Shown one piece after another: positions 26,570-40,451 of a stretch of DNA of 64,000 nt (positions within the stretch are counted from its first letter, which is position 1; each line of letters starts with the position of its first letter). This DNA comes from Octopus sinensis (lineage: Eukaryota). The translations under genes were made by a program, and so were the position numbers. The notes under the pieces are model-generated. The model was not told where the DNA came from. It ran no database searches and saw only the letters and a list, made by a program, of their open reading frames with translations. The stretch is from the NCBI RefSeq assembly GCF_006345805.1, contig NC_043001.1:75516001-75580000 (forward strand). The letters run 5' to 3'.

Positions 26570-27426
26570 GTGTGTATATGTGTGTTTCTGTCTGTCTGTA
26601 TGTGTCTGTGTATGTATGCATGTATACACACACATGCATATACAGTCAGGCCTTGAAGGCTTGCAGGACGATTCTTCGATGTCACTGTCTTATAAAAGTA
26701 TAATAAAGGTGTACTTTCCAAATGGCATTCACTAATCCTTCAGTTTCATGTAAAATTGCTTTTATTACAGCTCGAAATAAAAAAAAATTAATACACAGGC
26801 ATACGCTGACACACGCACACACATATATATGCATGTATGTCTAACAGTGTGTTTGCACGTGTGTGTGTGTGTGTATGTGTCTTTGTATTTCACTATAGTT
26901 ACCGAATTCTGAAGGGAAATTAATTAGATCTGTTGAAATATCCAAAAGGTATATTATATTTATATGTTTTTTTAAATCTTAATATTAGACGAAATTTTGC
27001 CTGGAGATAATACATCACTTTTAATAAAGAAGGGGAGGAAAAGAGAATTTTGATTAATTTTAGATTGATGAAATCGTCTTCGTTATCCTGTCATTAATAA
27101 TTAACCAAATCACTTACGACTTACACAGAAACAGAATCGGATCCATATCTCCCGTCTCATTAAACTATAAAGTGTCTTGTAATGAAATTCACTTCTGATG
27201 AGATGATAGGGTATTATATGAAATTACGGAACCGGTTTAAATTGGTTCATATAGAGACAGAGATGCATACCAGCATCGTATATCACGTATATATATATAT
27301 GCTCATCCTGAATATATGTATGTACATATGTGTGTTTACTTGTGTGTACGTGTATATACACATATATACATACATATATATACATATATATATATTTATA
27401 CATAGATATATATACATATATATATA

Positions 27427-27468
<42 letters not shown>

Positions 27469-27524
27469 TATATATATTATATATATATAGATAAGAAAGT
27501 TTGTTTGGTAAAGCACGTGGGTGA

Positions 27525-27769
27525 ATATATAAGAAAATAGTAAAGTGTGAAAAAACGACAGAAGGCTTAAATGTTAAAAAATATATATATTTGTGTCAAA
27601 ATGTCTGGAGAATATTGGAAAAATTTTTTTCCTTTCCTTAAAATTTTAAAATTATGTCATTTTAAGGAAAGGAAAAAATTTTTTCCAATATTCTCCAGAC
27701 ATTTTGACACAAATATATATATTTTTTAACATTTAAGCCTTCTGTCGTTTTTTCACACTTTACTATTTT

Positions 27770-27778
<9 letters not shown>
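27525..27778. repeat. Near-perfect inverted repeat (120-bp arms, 14-nt spacer)
   Basis: 27525-27644 is the reverse complement of 27659-27778, with one mismatch seen in the A/T run. Confidence 0.93.
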
Positions 27779-27827
<49 letters not shown>

Positions 27828-27891
27828 AAATGGCGGTGCCCCAGCATGGCCACAGCTCATTAGCTGAAACTGGAAAATCAAATCAAAAAAT

Positions 27892-27954
<63 letters not shown>

Positions 27955-28844
27955 ATATATATGTATGAACACATTTATGTATATATATATGCACACACAT
28001 AAATGTGTTCATACGTATGCATATATATATATATACATACAATTATATATAGATGTATGCGTATGTATGTATGTATGTATGTATGTATGTATGTACGTAT
28101 GTATATTTGTTTGTCTGTATGTATATAAGTCTAAGTCTTTTCGTTTGTTGATTTAAGTTTGTATCTTATACGTGAACTGTTTACAGTGAGCTGTGTCGTA
28201 ATGTTTAAAGTAACTCTTTCTAAATAAGTATTGACTTTTGGACAGCAATTTATCTCTACCCTTCTCCAAGCCAATATATTTCAGTGAGACAGTGTAAATG
28301 TGGTGATATGATATATGTTCGCTTTCTCAGAGCATCAGTAACGTTACTGAAGAAAATGAAATGAGATTATCTCTTATATAATGGTCGTTGTTACAGTGGA
28401 AACGGTATTTGTGGTCTCGACGCACTACCAGCTTGCTTCATTCTCTAAAACTGCATTCGGAATATTGACTGATTCCTGAATAATACCGTAATGTCCAGTA
28501 AGCTATTATGCGTTTTTATTCGTTTATTTGTATAATACTGCAAACAGATTTTCCTATGCTATAAACTATTTGAAAACAACAATATCGAAAAAGTAAAAAA
28601 AGGAAAATAAGTCGATGATATATACACACACACAAATAAAAAATGTAAACATAAGTGCAGCCATGACTGTGTGGTTTAGAATCTCGTTTTCCAACCACAC
28701 GGTTTCGTGTAGAGTTCCGCTTCGCAGTACCTTGAGCAAGTGTCTTTTACTATAGACCTTTCCAACCAATAATTTGTGAGTGAATTTGGAATACGAAAAT
28801 TGTATTCCCGTCGTATATATAATTGTATGTGTGTGTTTGTGTAA

Positions 28845-28875
<31 letters not shown>

Positions 28876-29329
28876 TGTGTGTGTATGTGTCTGTGTGTGT
28901 GTTTATACATGCACATTTAGACAAATAGGAAGGAATGGCTCTTCTGATCACTTTATAAACGATTTACAAGTACCTAATAATTTATAAACATTTGATTATT
29001 AAAGTGGAAGACTTAGCAGAAAAGTCATTCCTGTTTATTTTTTTCAAATATACAATACTGTACCAAGGGCATTCAGTTTCTAATTCTACTATACATGTGT
29101 GTGTGTGTGTGTGTGTGTGTTTGTCCCCACCGTCTTTTGGCGACCGTTATTTGTTATGTCCACGTAGCTAATGAGTTCGGCAAAGCACGCCCATTAAATG
29201 TTAAATAGGTATGATTTTTTTTCTCCTTGATCCATGCTATTACAGTTTCACAAACACATACGTAATCACGTATTCATATAATGGTTAAAATTTTGCTACA
29301 AGGGCAGTCCTTTTGTGGGAGGAGATGAG

Positions 29330-29670
29330 TCGATTACATCGACCCCAGTGTTACTTATTTTATCAACCTCCAAATGTATGAAAGGCAAAGTCGACCTCGG
29401 CGGAATTTCTACTTAGATCGGAGCGACGGGCGAAATACCTATTTCTTTACTACCCACAAGAGGCTAAATACAGAGAGGACAAACAAGGACAGACAAACGG
29501 ATTAAGTCGATTATATCGAGCCCAGTGAGTAACTGGTACTTATTTAATCGACCCCGAAAGGATGAAAGGCAAAGTCGACCTCGGCGGAATTTGAACTCAG
29601 AACGTAGTGGCAGACGAAATACCGCTAAGCATTTCGCCCGGTGTGCTAACGATTCTGCCAGCTCGCCGCC
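29330..29670 (-). mobile_element. tRNA-derived SINE, dimer-like arrangement as at 4397-4811
   Basis: Same head, body and AATACCTATTTCTTTACTACCCACAAG junction as 4397-4811. Confidence 0.85.
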
Positions 29671-32600
29671 TTAAGTCACATATTCATATAATACTATATT
29701 CTCTCTGCAACATATTCAAAATACTCTGTAAATTTGTAAACATTTTCTCGGAAACGAAGTATTTGTTCGCTCCACATAATTCTCCAATGAGGAAAGTAAT
29801 TGTGTCTTTATTGGGAGAAGTTATGTGGGAATTATGAATGTCAGAGAAAGCATAATTCTATAGCTAGCTCTTGCGTGTCTGTGTTGTTGAGAAGCTTGCT
29901 TCCCAATCATGTGGTCCTGGATCAGAAGCCTGCACAATGAGACTTAATCTCGGGTCATGGACAGGTGTCTCCTACTATTACCACGAATCAACTAGAACAT
30001 CGTTAGGGGTGAAAAGAACCAAGAAGGCATTAAAGAAAAGTGGTCGATAATGGGGTAACCAAAAGAGAGTGATAGATGTAAAACCAACAAAATTATGGGC
30101 CAATTATATTAAGTTTTATTTGTAAAATACAGGTATTTTGAACTTGCTTCGGAAAGTAGTCTATGTTGATAGTAGTGATTTTGGGGGAGGAATCTACCGA
30201 AGGGGTCAAAGGGGCGGCAGCCCGAAAAAAGTTTGAGAACTACTGAAGTAAACCCTTCAATACGCTACCTCTGCATGGGGCAGTCAAGTGATTGAAAGAA
30301 GGGGAACGTATTTAAAAAATACATCAATACAATTGATAATATTAAACGTTTTGCCGTACCCTACATGATCTAGTTATGCAGCGAGTCCTCCTTTTAGTGG
30401 TATAATTGTATACTTTCTTTATAATAATTCTTAGGAAATAATCTAAAATGTAGTTATGGATTTTTCATATTATAAATGGGTTATAATATTAGAATGAAAT
30501 CCATTTTATTCAAACAGTTCTTCCTATTATATATGACGATATAAAGATCCTTGCGGAATGTCATGATCCCACTAGATAGTTTTACTTTTCAACCTATGTA
30601 GGCAACAAAACGAACTAAAATATCATTGCAAACTGAAAGAGTTGCTACTTTTGACAAATTAGATGTCTACCCAAGTGTAAGTAAGCAATATACTGTAAGC
30701 TTATTTTACGTAATGTAACAGACTTTGAAAATATATTTTATATATAAATGGTGGTACGATTCTATGCTGCTTAAATTTAATAATTCCGAAATAATTAAAA
30801 CATCAACTTCTCCTGAAATATCCCTTAATTGGGATATTATAATGCATGAAAGCTTTATACAAGACGTATATTAGCAGATGTGCTAATATTTTAGCATTTA
30901 TACCAGGCATTGATCACCTTTTCTGAAAAGCAGGTTGCATGAGACACGGCTCATCATCACAGGAGTCACACTACTAAAAGATTTCCCGGTAATTCTTCGT
31001 AGGCGTATAATTCCGCAAGTAGTGCCGGTCGCCTTTGGCCCATGAGTAATTCAGATACTCCAGCATTCTATCAGACTTCTGAAACATGAAAACTATTTAA
31101 ACAAGAAATTAAAATCAGAAAAATATTAGGACTCTCAAAGAAAGGTACATTTCTAGTTCTTCATGCTGAAATGTTTCTAAATTGTTTGACCTTATACTTT
31201 GGTTAGTAAATTAATATCTGAATGTAATGAAAGTTTTCTAGCGAACTAACTTAGCTATTCTTACTTTAGCTGAAATCCATTAAGAGGGAAGAAGCATTAA
31301 ATAATAAATCATTTAGACTCATTGTATATATTGTATCACCTTAAATGTCAAACTAGTTTCATTTAAGTGTCTGTCTGATTTTATAACCCTCGGATAACAT
31401 TCAGTCTTAGATTGAATAGGAGTAACTTGGCAAAGTGAATTCTCTTCTCTTTTGTAAATAATTTTCAGCAAATACGACACATATCCTCTTGTAGTATTGA
31501 TTTTGTTCGAAATTGTCGAATTAAAAATACAATTTTGCAGTCAATAAACTCTCATGTAATAATCCCTTACAAGAGCTCGAGTATTCTTATAGTATGAATT
31601 GGTCAACTTATTGATCAATAAAGAACCAGAGAGAATTAGTTTTCAATTATATACGTAAACTCGGAATAGCTGCTGTTTCTTTAAGGATAATTTCTGAGAA
31701 CAATTTATTTTAATCTGCATAATGTTCGAATATATTCAATGAATGTTCTTTCAAATTGTATTGCAAAGACATTCTATTATGTTTTGCACAAATATTCCGG
31801 AATATATACGATATGTAATCGCTGGTGGTAAGCCTTGTCTTCCATGAATGATTAAACTTATCGCATTTTATACACTACGATAGCTTGCAGGTATAAAACT
31901 TCTGAGGTGAATTCTTATTCACTGTAGCTATTAAATTCGTCAAAGAAATATATGAACTATTTGTTACATACATTCCAACTATTTAGTGATTTCATTTGTA
32001 CTCAATTCACACAGTGATAAATACGTGTGCAATCTAAATAACCCATATTTCTTGGGTTTAAAGCATTTTAGTTCAAGATTACATTGGTTTTCTGAAGAAG
32101 ACCACTAAAGAAATGATTAGATGTAAATCTAAAATCAATATCTATGTCATTTTGACATTTATATATTGTAAACCATAGCAAAATTATTTCTGCTTGCAGG
32201 CCATTGGCCACATAAACACATTTCAATTAGCTCTTATTCTTCATTCGCACAACAGAAAAAAAAAATCTGACCATATTCAACTGTAGTTGTGTCTGTGTGT
32301 CGGCATATAGATTCCCTTTAGGAGCCTTTATTGATTTTAGTATGTTATATTTCCTACACTTTGTAAAATGCAAAAGCTTTCAATGAAAATCTTTAAAAGA
32401 AATCCATTGCTTACATTCGGTAAGTCGGTATTTTCAAATCTAGCTCTTGTAAAAAGATAATCAAGTAATAAGCAGGCATGTCTGTGTGGTAAGAATTTTA
32501 CTTCCCTACTTCATGTTTTCGGGTTCAGTCCTACTGTGTGATATCCCGGGCCAACCAAAGCCTTGTGAGTTGGATTAGTAGACAGAAACTTAAAGAGGCC

Positions 32601-33292
32601 TGTCGTATATACACATATATATGTATATGCATCTGTCTTTGTGCTTAAGACTGGCCGCGACCGCTTGAAAACTGGCTTCAGTGTGTTTATATCCTCGTAA
32701 CATGAGACTGATAGAATAAGTATCAGACTTACAAAACGTTCTAAGCTTGATTTACTTGATTAAAACCTTCAAGTGTGTGCTCCAGCATGGCCACATTCAA
32801 ATTCCTGAAGATAAATGATAAGCTTTAATTAAGTATGTTATCAATCCTAAGAGTGTAAGCTGAGTTTGTCCAGCTAAATATTTCCTAACGGATCTATTTT
32901 TCGTAGGTCTTGTGACGATTCTATATCAGGTGTCCTTTCATCAAAAGATGCATCAAATCGAATAATTATTATTACTGGGATTTATCAGAGTTATTACGAT
33001 ATTATGATGCTCCAGCATGGTCTCAGTAACTCGCCGAAACATGTAAGAAGTGAAGATATATATATATATATATGTTTTCTCTTTTACTTGTTTCAATTAT
33101 TAGACTGCAGTCATGCTGGACATCATGTGGAAGGATCTTAGTCGAGAAAATCGATCCCACTACACGTTTTTAAAGTATGGTATTATTCTGTGGGGCTCCT
33201 AATGACGAACTGTTAATTTACAGGAGCAAAAAGAAGCCAAGACCGGTTGGAAACGATGTGCAGAGAGAAACACCAACACACACACACGCACG

Positions 33293-33324
<32 letters not shown>

Positions 33325-33531
33325 CACACACACATACACACACACACATGCAAATAACTTACTGTTAATGAAAATCAGGGTGCATTGCGTTACGTTGCCC
33401 AGTAAATGAAAAAATGTATAGTAACTGCACAAAAGAAAAAAACGTATATTAAGTGTACAAACGGACGGAAAAAAAACAGAAGGTTCTTAATTCTGCATCA
33501 GTTATCAACCAGATGGAATTACTCAGTTTCA

Positions 33532-34111
33532 CACCATTAATGGTGAGACTGAGATGATTCCCATACTGGCGGTGCCCACGAAAGTTGCGGAGAATATTGA
33601 GCCGAGAACAAACGATATATGGAATACAGGCGATACAGAAATAGGCATACGAAAGTGAATCAATGTAGTTAAGAGGATGGACGAAGGATAAAGATGAAAT
33701 AAATAAGAAACGACCAAAATACAGCTTTAGAGCCAAAAGAACAATTCTAAAATTTATTCTTTCTTCTTTTTCCCTTAGAGGGCAATCCTAAAGGATTAGG
33801 AAGGCAACAAATAGACGACCAGTGCAAAAAAGGAAGAAAAAGAAAAGCTGGCCACGGGTCACATGTCACCAGCAGCCAGAGGAGAAAGAGGATATATGTG
33901 ATGGAGAGAGAGAGAGGGGGGAGAGAGAGGAGAGAGAATAAAAGAAAAAAAGAAGAAAGAAGAAAGTATAGATTTACATTTATTCACTTTCGCATGTCTA
34001 CTTCTATATCACTTTTATTTGATGAATTTTTTGTTCTCGGTCCAATATTCTCCGCAACTTTCGCGGGGTACTGCCAGCATGAGAAGCATTTCAATCTTAT
34101 CATTAATGGTG
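33532..34111. repeat. Imperfect inverted repeat (~136-bp arms, ~307-bp spacer); foldback/MITE-like
   Basis: 33532-33667 (CACCATTAATG...CGAAAGTTGCGGAGAATATTG...GTGAATCAATGTA) is a diverged reverse complement of 33975-34111. Confidence 0.75.
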
Positions 34112-34175
34112 CACTCAATATACATTTTTCTGTTCGTCTGTGCATTTATTATACGTTTTTTCGTTTGTGCATTTA

Positions 34176-34213
<38 letters not shown>

Positions 34214-36053
34214 AAACACGCACACACACATACATATATATATAGACAGACAGTCAGACAGGGAGAGAAGGATTTCCGCCTAGTTGCCACCAACCAAATT
34301 CACTCACAAGGCTTTGATCGGCCTAAAGCTATAATGGAAGACACTTACCCAGGATACTGTGCAGTTGGACTCAACCCGAAAACACGTGTTTGCAAAGTGA
34401 GAGTTTTAACCATACAACCATGACTGCGTCTACATTTAGCAGCAGGTTTTAAAATATGTATTTAAATTAATAACAGTATTAATTCAATTCATAAATTATA
34501 TTCTTTCTGTCTCGGTATCGGATACAGAAAACTTTAGAATTAAGTTGTTTTTATTCTATTAATATGTTTATTAGATATTTTATATTTTACTAAACGACTT
34601 TATTAAAATTATAATGTGGATTTTAAACCATTTTCATATAATTTTATTTTTATTCGGTTTAATATAAAATTTAATTTGATAGACAAAGTGAATTCTATTA
34701 ATATATCCTATATGTTAACCAATGAGGAGAAAAAAGAAAAAAATCTCAAGAATGATAAACGGGAAGAAAAAATAATATACTATAACTTCACGTCACCCAG
34801 AAAGACTCTATTCATTGCCAAGTTTTACTTCTTTCCCTACTGAGAATCTGTTCCAGTTGTTTTTTCATTGTTTATTGAGCAATAAAATATTATAGGGTGT
34901 ACCACGATTGTAGGCTAATTGAAGGAAAGATCGATTTTTGTTAATAAAACAGTTTGGGATATTAAATAAATATCGCTAAGGAAACTGATTAGAGGATAAT
35001 ATATATTCTTGCATTGCACGTGACGATCTATTAGAAAGTGTACATCCAACAATATGAGACTGATTAGAAACATAATAAGGAATATAACCACTAAAATGTA
35101 TCCGGCAGCCAATATCTGGGAGTCTTTAGAAGAAGAATTGCGGAAAATCAATAAAAATTAAATCGTATAATGAAACACGTTCGTTGAAACAGGATGAAAG
35201 TTGGAAAATTATTGGCTAGAGTTCTGTTCCCATGAGTTGATGAAATCAGCATTGAAGGGATGACATAGTAAAATAATACAGCAATCAGTCATGATTTGGA
35301 GTTATCGATCAGAATACAAATCAATAATTGTCGAAAAACAAACATTGCACTGTTTTTGCGAACGAATAAAATGTTTTCCGTCTTTTATCGATTTCTATGT
35401 CTGGAACTTCTTATATATAACTCCTATTTTATATTCACCCGTTCATATTATTGACTAGATAAATGCCAGAGATCGATTTAAAACAATATATAATTATTAT
35501 GTACAATCCACTCATGAGAGAACACAGAAATACTGCCAAGCTGGTACGTCATCGTTTGAGCATAACACGAAAGTAACTTAAAAATCTAAACTTACATAAC
35601 TTATATCGCAGAAGAATAAAAAAAAAAACGATTTCTGCAACAATTTTACAGCATTTTAAGAAAACTTTAAATCACACACTAGCCAATACAATTTACATGA
35701 ACACTGCTTATATGCAATATCACTTTTCAATCTCTTTGTTCAGCAGAAAATGTGAAATTTTATTATGAATCTTTATTATAATTTTCTGTGATATCAGATA
35801 TAATTTTGTTGTATATTGGAAGGGTTCTACTTCACTTTCACTATTATTAATCAATTCGTTAAACATTTAATAAATTAACTTAAGCGATTGTTTGACAAAC
35901 CGTTCGACCAGTTAGCATATCAATCAACCAAGTTTATCAAAATCCTTTTGTCACGATTCAAGGCCTCATCAGTGAAATAGCCTCTCTATTCCGAGTTTGT
36001 TTCAGGTGGATTCACGTCAAGAATCTTTGTAACTAAATGCATACATATACGTG

Positions 36054-36105
<52 letters not shown>

Positions 36106-36130
36106 TACATATACATATATATACATATAT

Positions 36131-36176
<46 letters not shown>

Positions 36177-36363
36177 AATATAAGAGAGTGGTCACTATAT
36201 GGCTCACTCTAGCACCAGTTAATCCAAATAGACATACTATTAAATTAGTATCTAATTCTCTCCCCCTTATTAATTAATTATATATATATATATATACATG
36301 CATATATATACATACATATACATAAATACATACATATATATATATATATGTACATATATATAT

Positions 36364-36682
36364 CTGTCTGACGTACGAGTACATAGGATTCACCCTAGCC
36401 TAGGCTGTACTTTTGCAAAATAAATAACCACTAAAATAATGTTTTAATTCTTCCACTTACCTATATAACTGTATGTTATTACCGGTAATTATAAGCAATT
36501 CATTGCATCCACATTCGATATAAACATACCGTAGGCGATTGTTTACCGATAAATGGCAGCACACATTTTTTAAACATATATACTGTTTTGAGCGAGTAAC
36601 TAGCCTAAATTGGACGCAGGGGCACTTTTAAAGCTATTTTGGGGTAAAATATAGGTGCGTCTTATAGGCTATCAAATACGGT
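36364..36682. mobile_element. Tc1/mariner-superfamily (pogo/Tigger-like) MITE relic in (TA)n
   Basis: Reverse complement of the right end, CACCGTATTTGATAGCCTATAAGACGCAC, resembles pogo-type TIRs; left end degenerate; TA-flanked. Confidence 0.45.
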
Positions 36683-36691
36683 GTATATATA

Positions 36692-36734
<43 letters not shown>

Positions 36735-36784
36735 CTACTTCTACGGATAACCTTAAGGAAATTAATTACAAAATCAAGGAAGTT

Positions 36785-38788
36785 ATGAGCAAATTAGACC
36801 TCCTGGACAGAACAGAACCTATTAAACCGCAAGTACCCAAAATTACTATTAAAGACCATAAGAAAGACTTCCCGGATAGTGTAGGAGTACGATTAATCTG
36901 TCCGACTAAATCGGATATCGGCAGACTTAGCAAGACCATCCTGGACAAGGTGATCCCACACATCAAACCCCACATCCCACTCCAACTATGGATTAATACC
37001 AGCGATGTGCTAGAATGGTTTAACACTATCACCAATAGGCCCGACTACTCATTCATCCAATTCGACATAGCCAGCTACTACGCCAGTATATCCCCCATCT
37101 TACTTAACAAATCCCTTATTTTTGCCCGCAACCTTTCACTCATAGACAGAGAAAAAATTGACATAATTCTATTAGCTAGAAAAACCATAATAGAATTCGA
37201 CGGTAGACTCTGGACCAGATCCGATACCCCCGACAATTTCGATGTGGCTATGGGCTCGAGCGATTCAGCTCAGGTGACTGACTTGGTCGGGGCCTACCTG
37301 CTCAAGAAGCTTTTCTCCGAGGTACCGGATCTTCAGGGGGGTCTATACAGAGACGACGCCCTCTTCATATACCCCACCAACAATAGGAGTAAACTAGAAA
37401 GAATTAGGAAAAAGATCAGGCTTTTTTTCAAATCCTTCATTCTTAAACTAGAATTTATGACCAATACTAAATTAGTTAACTTCTTAGATGTTACGTTAGA
37501 TTTGAATAAGCACCTTCACTACCCATATAGGAAACCAGAAGAAACTACCAAATACATCCATACCTCTTCCAACCATCCACCCTGTATAATTAGCACCACA
37601 GTACAAGCCATCTCAGACAGACTGACAAAACTATCCTCTAATAGAGAAATTTTCAATAATCATGCTCAACACTACAACCAAGCTCTCTATAGTGCCGGAT
37701 ATAACCAGAGAATATCATACGTAGACCAACCGGGAGCGTCCGTCGACCATAAGACTCCCAATTATAATCGAACTCAGCACTCAACTCACACTACCGATAA
37801 GTCTAATTCAAACTCCAAACAACATATAGGAAATAGGCGGACTAATAGAACAGCACACAATAGTAACCCTCCCGACGAGAACAATATAGATCCTATTAGG
37901 AGAAACAGAAGGGATAATAGTAGATTACGCAAATACATATGGTTCAACATACCTTTCAACTTAGCAGTTAGGGGTAGGTTATGTAAAAGAATATTCTCTA
38001 TAATTTCCAACAACTTCCCACCCACCCACAAATATAGAAGTATCTTCTCCAACAAAACTATTAGGATTTCCTACTCTACCCTGCCCAACATGAGCTGCCT
38101 CTTAGCTAAACACAACTATATTAATATTAGAACAGCTAGATCAAGAGCAAACCATAGCGACCAACAGAACCCCCCTCATCTAGACAGTAGGCATTATAAC
38201 CAGACTGGCAACCATAATACCCAAGCAGTTAGTAATAACACCCGCCGACACTACAGAGGAAATACTACACCCATCAACAACCAGGAGGTTACCAACGCCC
38301 CCACTCGTATTGCAACACCTCCGCCTAGGATTAGCAGCACACGACCGAATAATGCAATGCAATGCAACTGCAGATGTGCATCAGAGTGCCCGCTGCAGGG
38401 CGCATGCAGGGCAAAAAACGTAATATACTCATGTGAGGTGAGTACTCAATTTAACACACTCACCTATATTGGTTGCTCAACCTCCTGGAAATCCAGATAC
38501 TACAACCACCGGTCCTCGATGAGACATAGACATAAGGCTAACAGCACCTCCCTCTCTAAAAGAATTTGGGAATTAAAAGACAAATGCATAAGCTTCAAAC
38601 TCAGATGGTCCATCATCGGATCAGCTGCACCTTATTTAAATAATAGAGCAGGATGCCAACTATGCTGTGTAGAACTCCTGAACATCTTGAAATTCAAAGA
38701 CAAACACAATCTTATTAACAAAAGGTCAGAGTTCAAACCATCCTGTATACATAAACTTATTAATACTTTCAAATACTACAATGCTTAG
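36785..38788 (+). CDS. Penelope-like reverse transcriptase with C-terminal GIY-YIG endonuclease (667 aa; the frame stays open upstream to 36731, so the N-terminus is truncated)
   Basis: RT motifs RLICPTKSDIG, FIQFDIASYYASI, FDVAMGSSDSAQVTDLVG, GLYRDDAL, VNFLDVTLDL and YIHTSSNHPP; Cys cluster CNCRCASECPLQGAC; GIY-YIG VIY...YIGCSTSWKSRYYNH with CQLCCVE and LINKRSE. Confidence 0.93.
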   Translation: MSKLDLLDRTEPIKPQVPKITIKDHKKDFPDSVGVRLICPTKSDIGRLSKTILDKVIPHIKPHIPLQLWINTSDVLEWFNTITNRPDYSFIQFDIASYYASISPILLNKSLIFARNLSLIDREKIDIILLARKTIIEFDGRLWTRSDTPDNFDVAMGSSDSAQVTDLVGAYLLKKLFSEVPDLQGGLYRDDALFIYPTNNRSKLERIRKKIRLFFKSFILKLEFMTNTKLVNFLDVTLDLNKHLHYPYRKPEETTKYIHTSSNHPPCIISTTVQAISDRLTKLSSNREIFNNHAQHYNQALYSAGYNQRISYVDQPGASVDHKTPNYNRTQHSTHTTDKSNSNSKQHIGNRRTNRTAHNSNPPDENNIDPIRRNRRDNSRLRKYIWFNIPFNLAVRGRLCKRIFSIISNNFPPTHKYRSIFSNKTIRISYSTLPNMSCLLAKHNYINIRTARSRANHSDQQNPPHLDSRHYNQTGNHNTQAVSNNTRRHYRGNTTPINNQEVTNAPTRIATPPPRISSTRPNNAMQCNCRCASECPLQGACRAKNVIYSCEVSTQFNTLTYIGCSTSWKSRYYNHRSSMRHRHKANSTSLSKRIWELKDKCISFKLRWSIIGSAAPYLNNRAGCQLCCVELLNILKFKDKHNLINKRSEFKPSCIHKLINTFKYYNA

Positions 38789-40451
38789 GTCTTATACCAA
38801 CTCCCCCATGCTATTTCCTCCCACCCGGTGCAACCTGTCGGCTCCAGCACATCCCGTTTTCCTATATGCGCGTGTGTATGTGTGTGTGTGTGTGTGTGTG
38901 TGCGTTTATGTGCACATACGTGTGTGTGTGTACATATACACATATATATATATATGTGGGCCACCTCCATCTCATGTTAAACTTTACAAAATTATATTTT
39001 TACCTTATTTTTTTATTTTTATATTTTTTTAATTTTATATTTTTTTAATTTTATTTTATTTTATTTTTATTTTTATTTTTATTTTTATTTTTATTTTTAT
39101 TTTCATTTTTATTTTTACTTTTATCCTACTTCCATGTATTTTTATTTTTAATTTTATTTTTACTTTTATTTTTACGTTTATTCTACTGCCATTTACTCTC
39201 ATTTTCATTTTCATCCCTTACCTTAACTCTTATAACCCTTATAATTCTTATATTTCATTTCTAACTATTACATTGTATTTCTTATTTTATACTGTATTTT
39301 TTATTTCTAATCTTTACCCTTACCCTCATTCTTACCCCTAATCTATCGCTTTACACCTCTATATATGCTTATTTACTCACCTATGGATCCGCCTTTTGAG
39401 TATCCGAGCGTCCGCGTACGTGTGTATGCGCATACATACATGTGCGCGCGCGTATGTGTACATGCATACTTCGATATCTTATGACTATACCCATGAGCGC
39501 GTGTGTCTCTGTGTGCGTATGTGAGTATATATATGTGCACGCACATACGGACACACAGCCGTGTGTGCGTGCGCGTATTAACATGAGTACGGGATTCTTT
39601 ACATACGTTCTTATACACATCCTTTAATATCTTATACCTAGACCTAGAGACGTGGGCATATACGTGTACGTATGTAGTGAGGGGCGCACGTATGTACATG
39701 TGAGCGTATACGCGCGTAATGTCCGTCTATATATGCGGATATTCTGTTGTATGTATGTGTGTGTGCGCGCATGCGTGTGGGTGCGTGTGGGTTTATGTAC
39801 ATGTTTACACGCGAGTGCGTGTGTTTGCTTATAGACTTGGAGACGTATATGTACGCGTGTATGTGGGTGTATGTACCCATGATGATATGTATGTACTGGA
39901 AGTCCATTTAATTCAAGGAACCAGATTAAACTCTCATCAGCTCTGATTTACGACGAAACCGTTAATTTACTGACAGTTCTACAACTAAGTTTTATCAATC
40001 TCTTGACCACCATGCTGGGTCCGCGACCTCTATACATCCCTTATCCCTACATTCTTTTACACTTTTATCATGTTTTTATCAGGTTCCTTTACTTCTTTTA
40101 CTATTATTTCCATTTCTATTTTTACTTTACAACATTATGCCTTTATACCCCCTTTACATCTCCTTACAACTCTTTATATCTTTATCATCTACATTTATAC
40201 ATTATTTTATATTATTTTATATTTTTTATCCCTCGCCCCGAACTCTCGCCCCTCCATCTTCACCTCTATATACGTATTTATTTATTTACATTACCTCAAC
40301 ATCCAAGTTTCCTCATTCTACATTGAGAGAAGAAGGAGATGGACGATTCAATTCGATGCTGCTGCCGCATTTTGTCGTACGGGAACGAGAAGATTTGCAT
40401 CCCCAGCCAAGAATTTCGGAACTAACACATGTCCTTGTGGAAGCTGTTGTG

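Noticed and set aside
27190-27235. CTGATGAG...GAAA motif; a similar partial core on the minus strand near 35960-35972
   Set aside because: Stems I and III cannot be formed; compatible with chance in AT-rich DNA.
38357-39960. Selenoprotein version of the Naiad ORF (in-frame UGA plus SECIS), reported for some Naiads
   Set aside because: The retained frame has no in-frame TGA, the Cys cluster uses TGC/TGT codons, the ORF ends in TAG, and I found no convincing AUGA...AA...GA SECIS stem by eye. The missing N-terminus cannot be judged; SECISearch would settle it.
39900-39965. Second hammerhead in the PLE 3' region (CTGATGAG on the minus strand; CTGATTTACGACGAAAC on the plus strand)
   Set aside because: The minus-strand core lacks a following GAAA, and the plus-strand version lacks the CUGANGA spacing and stem II.
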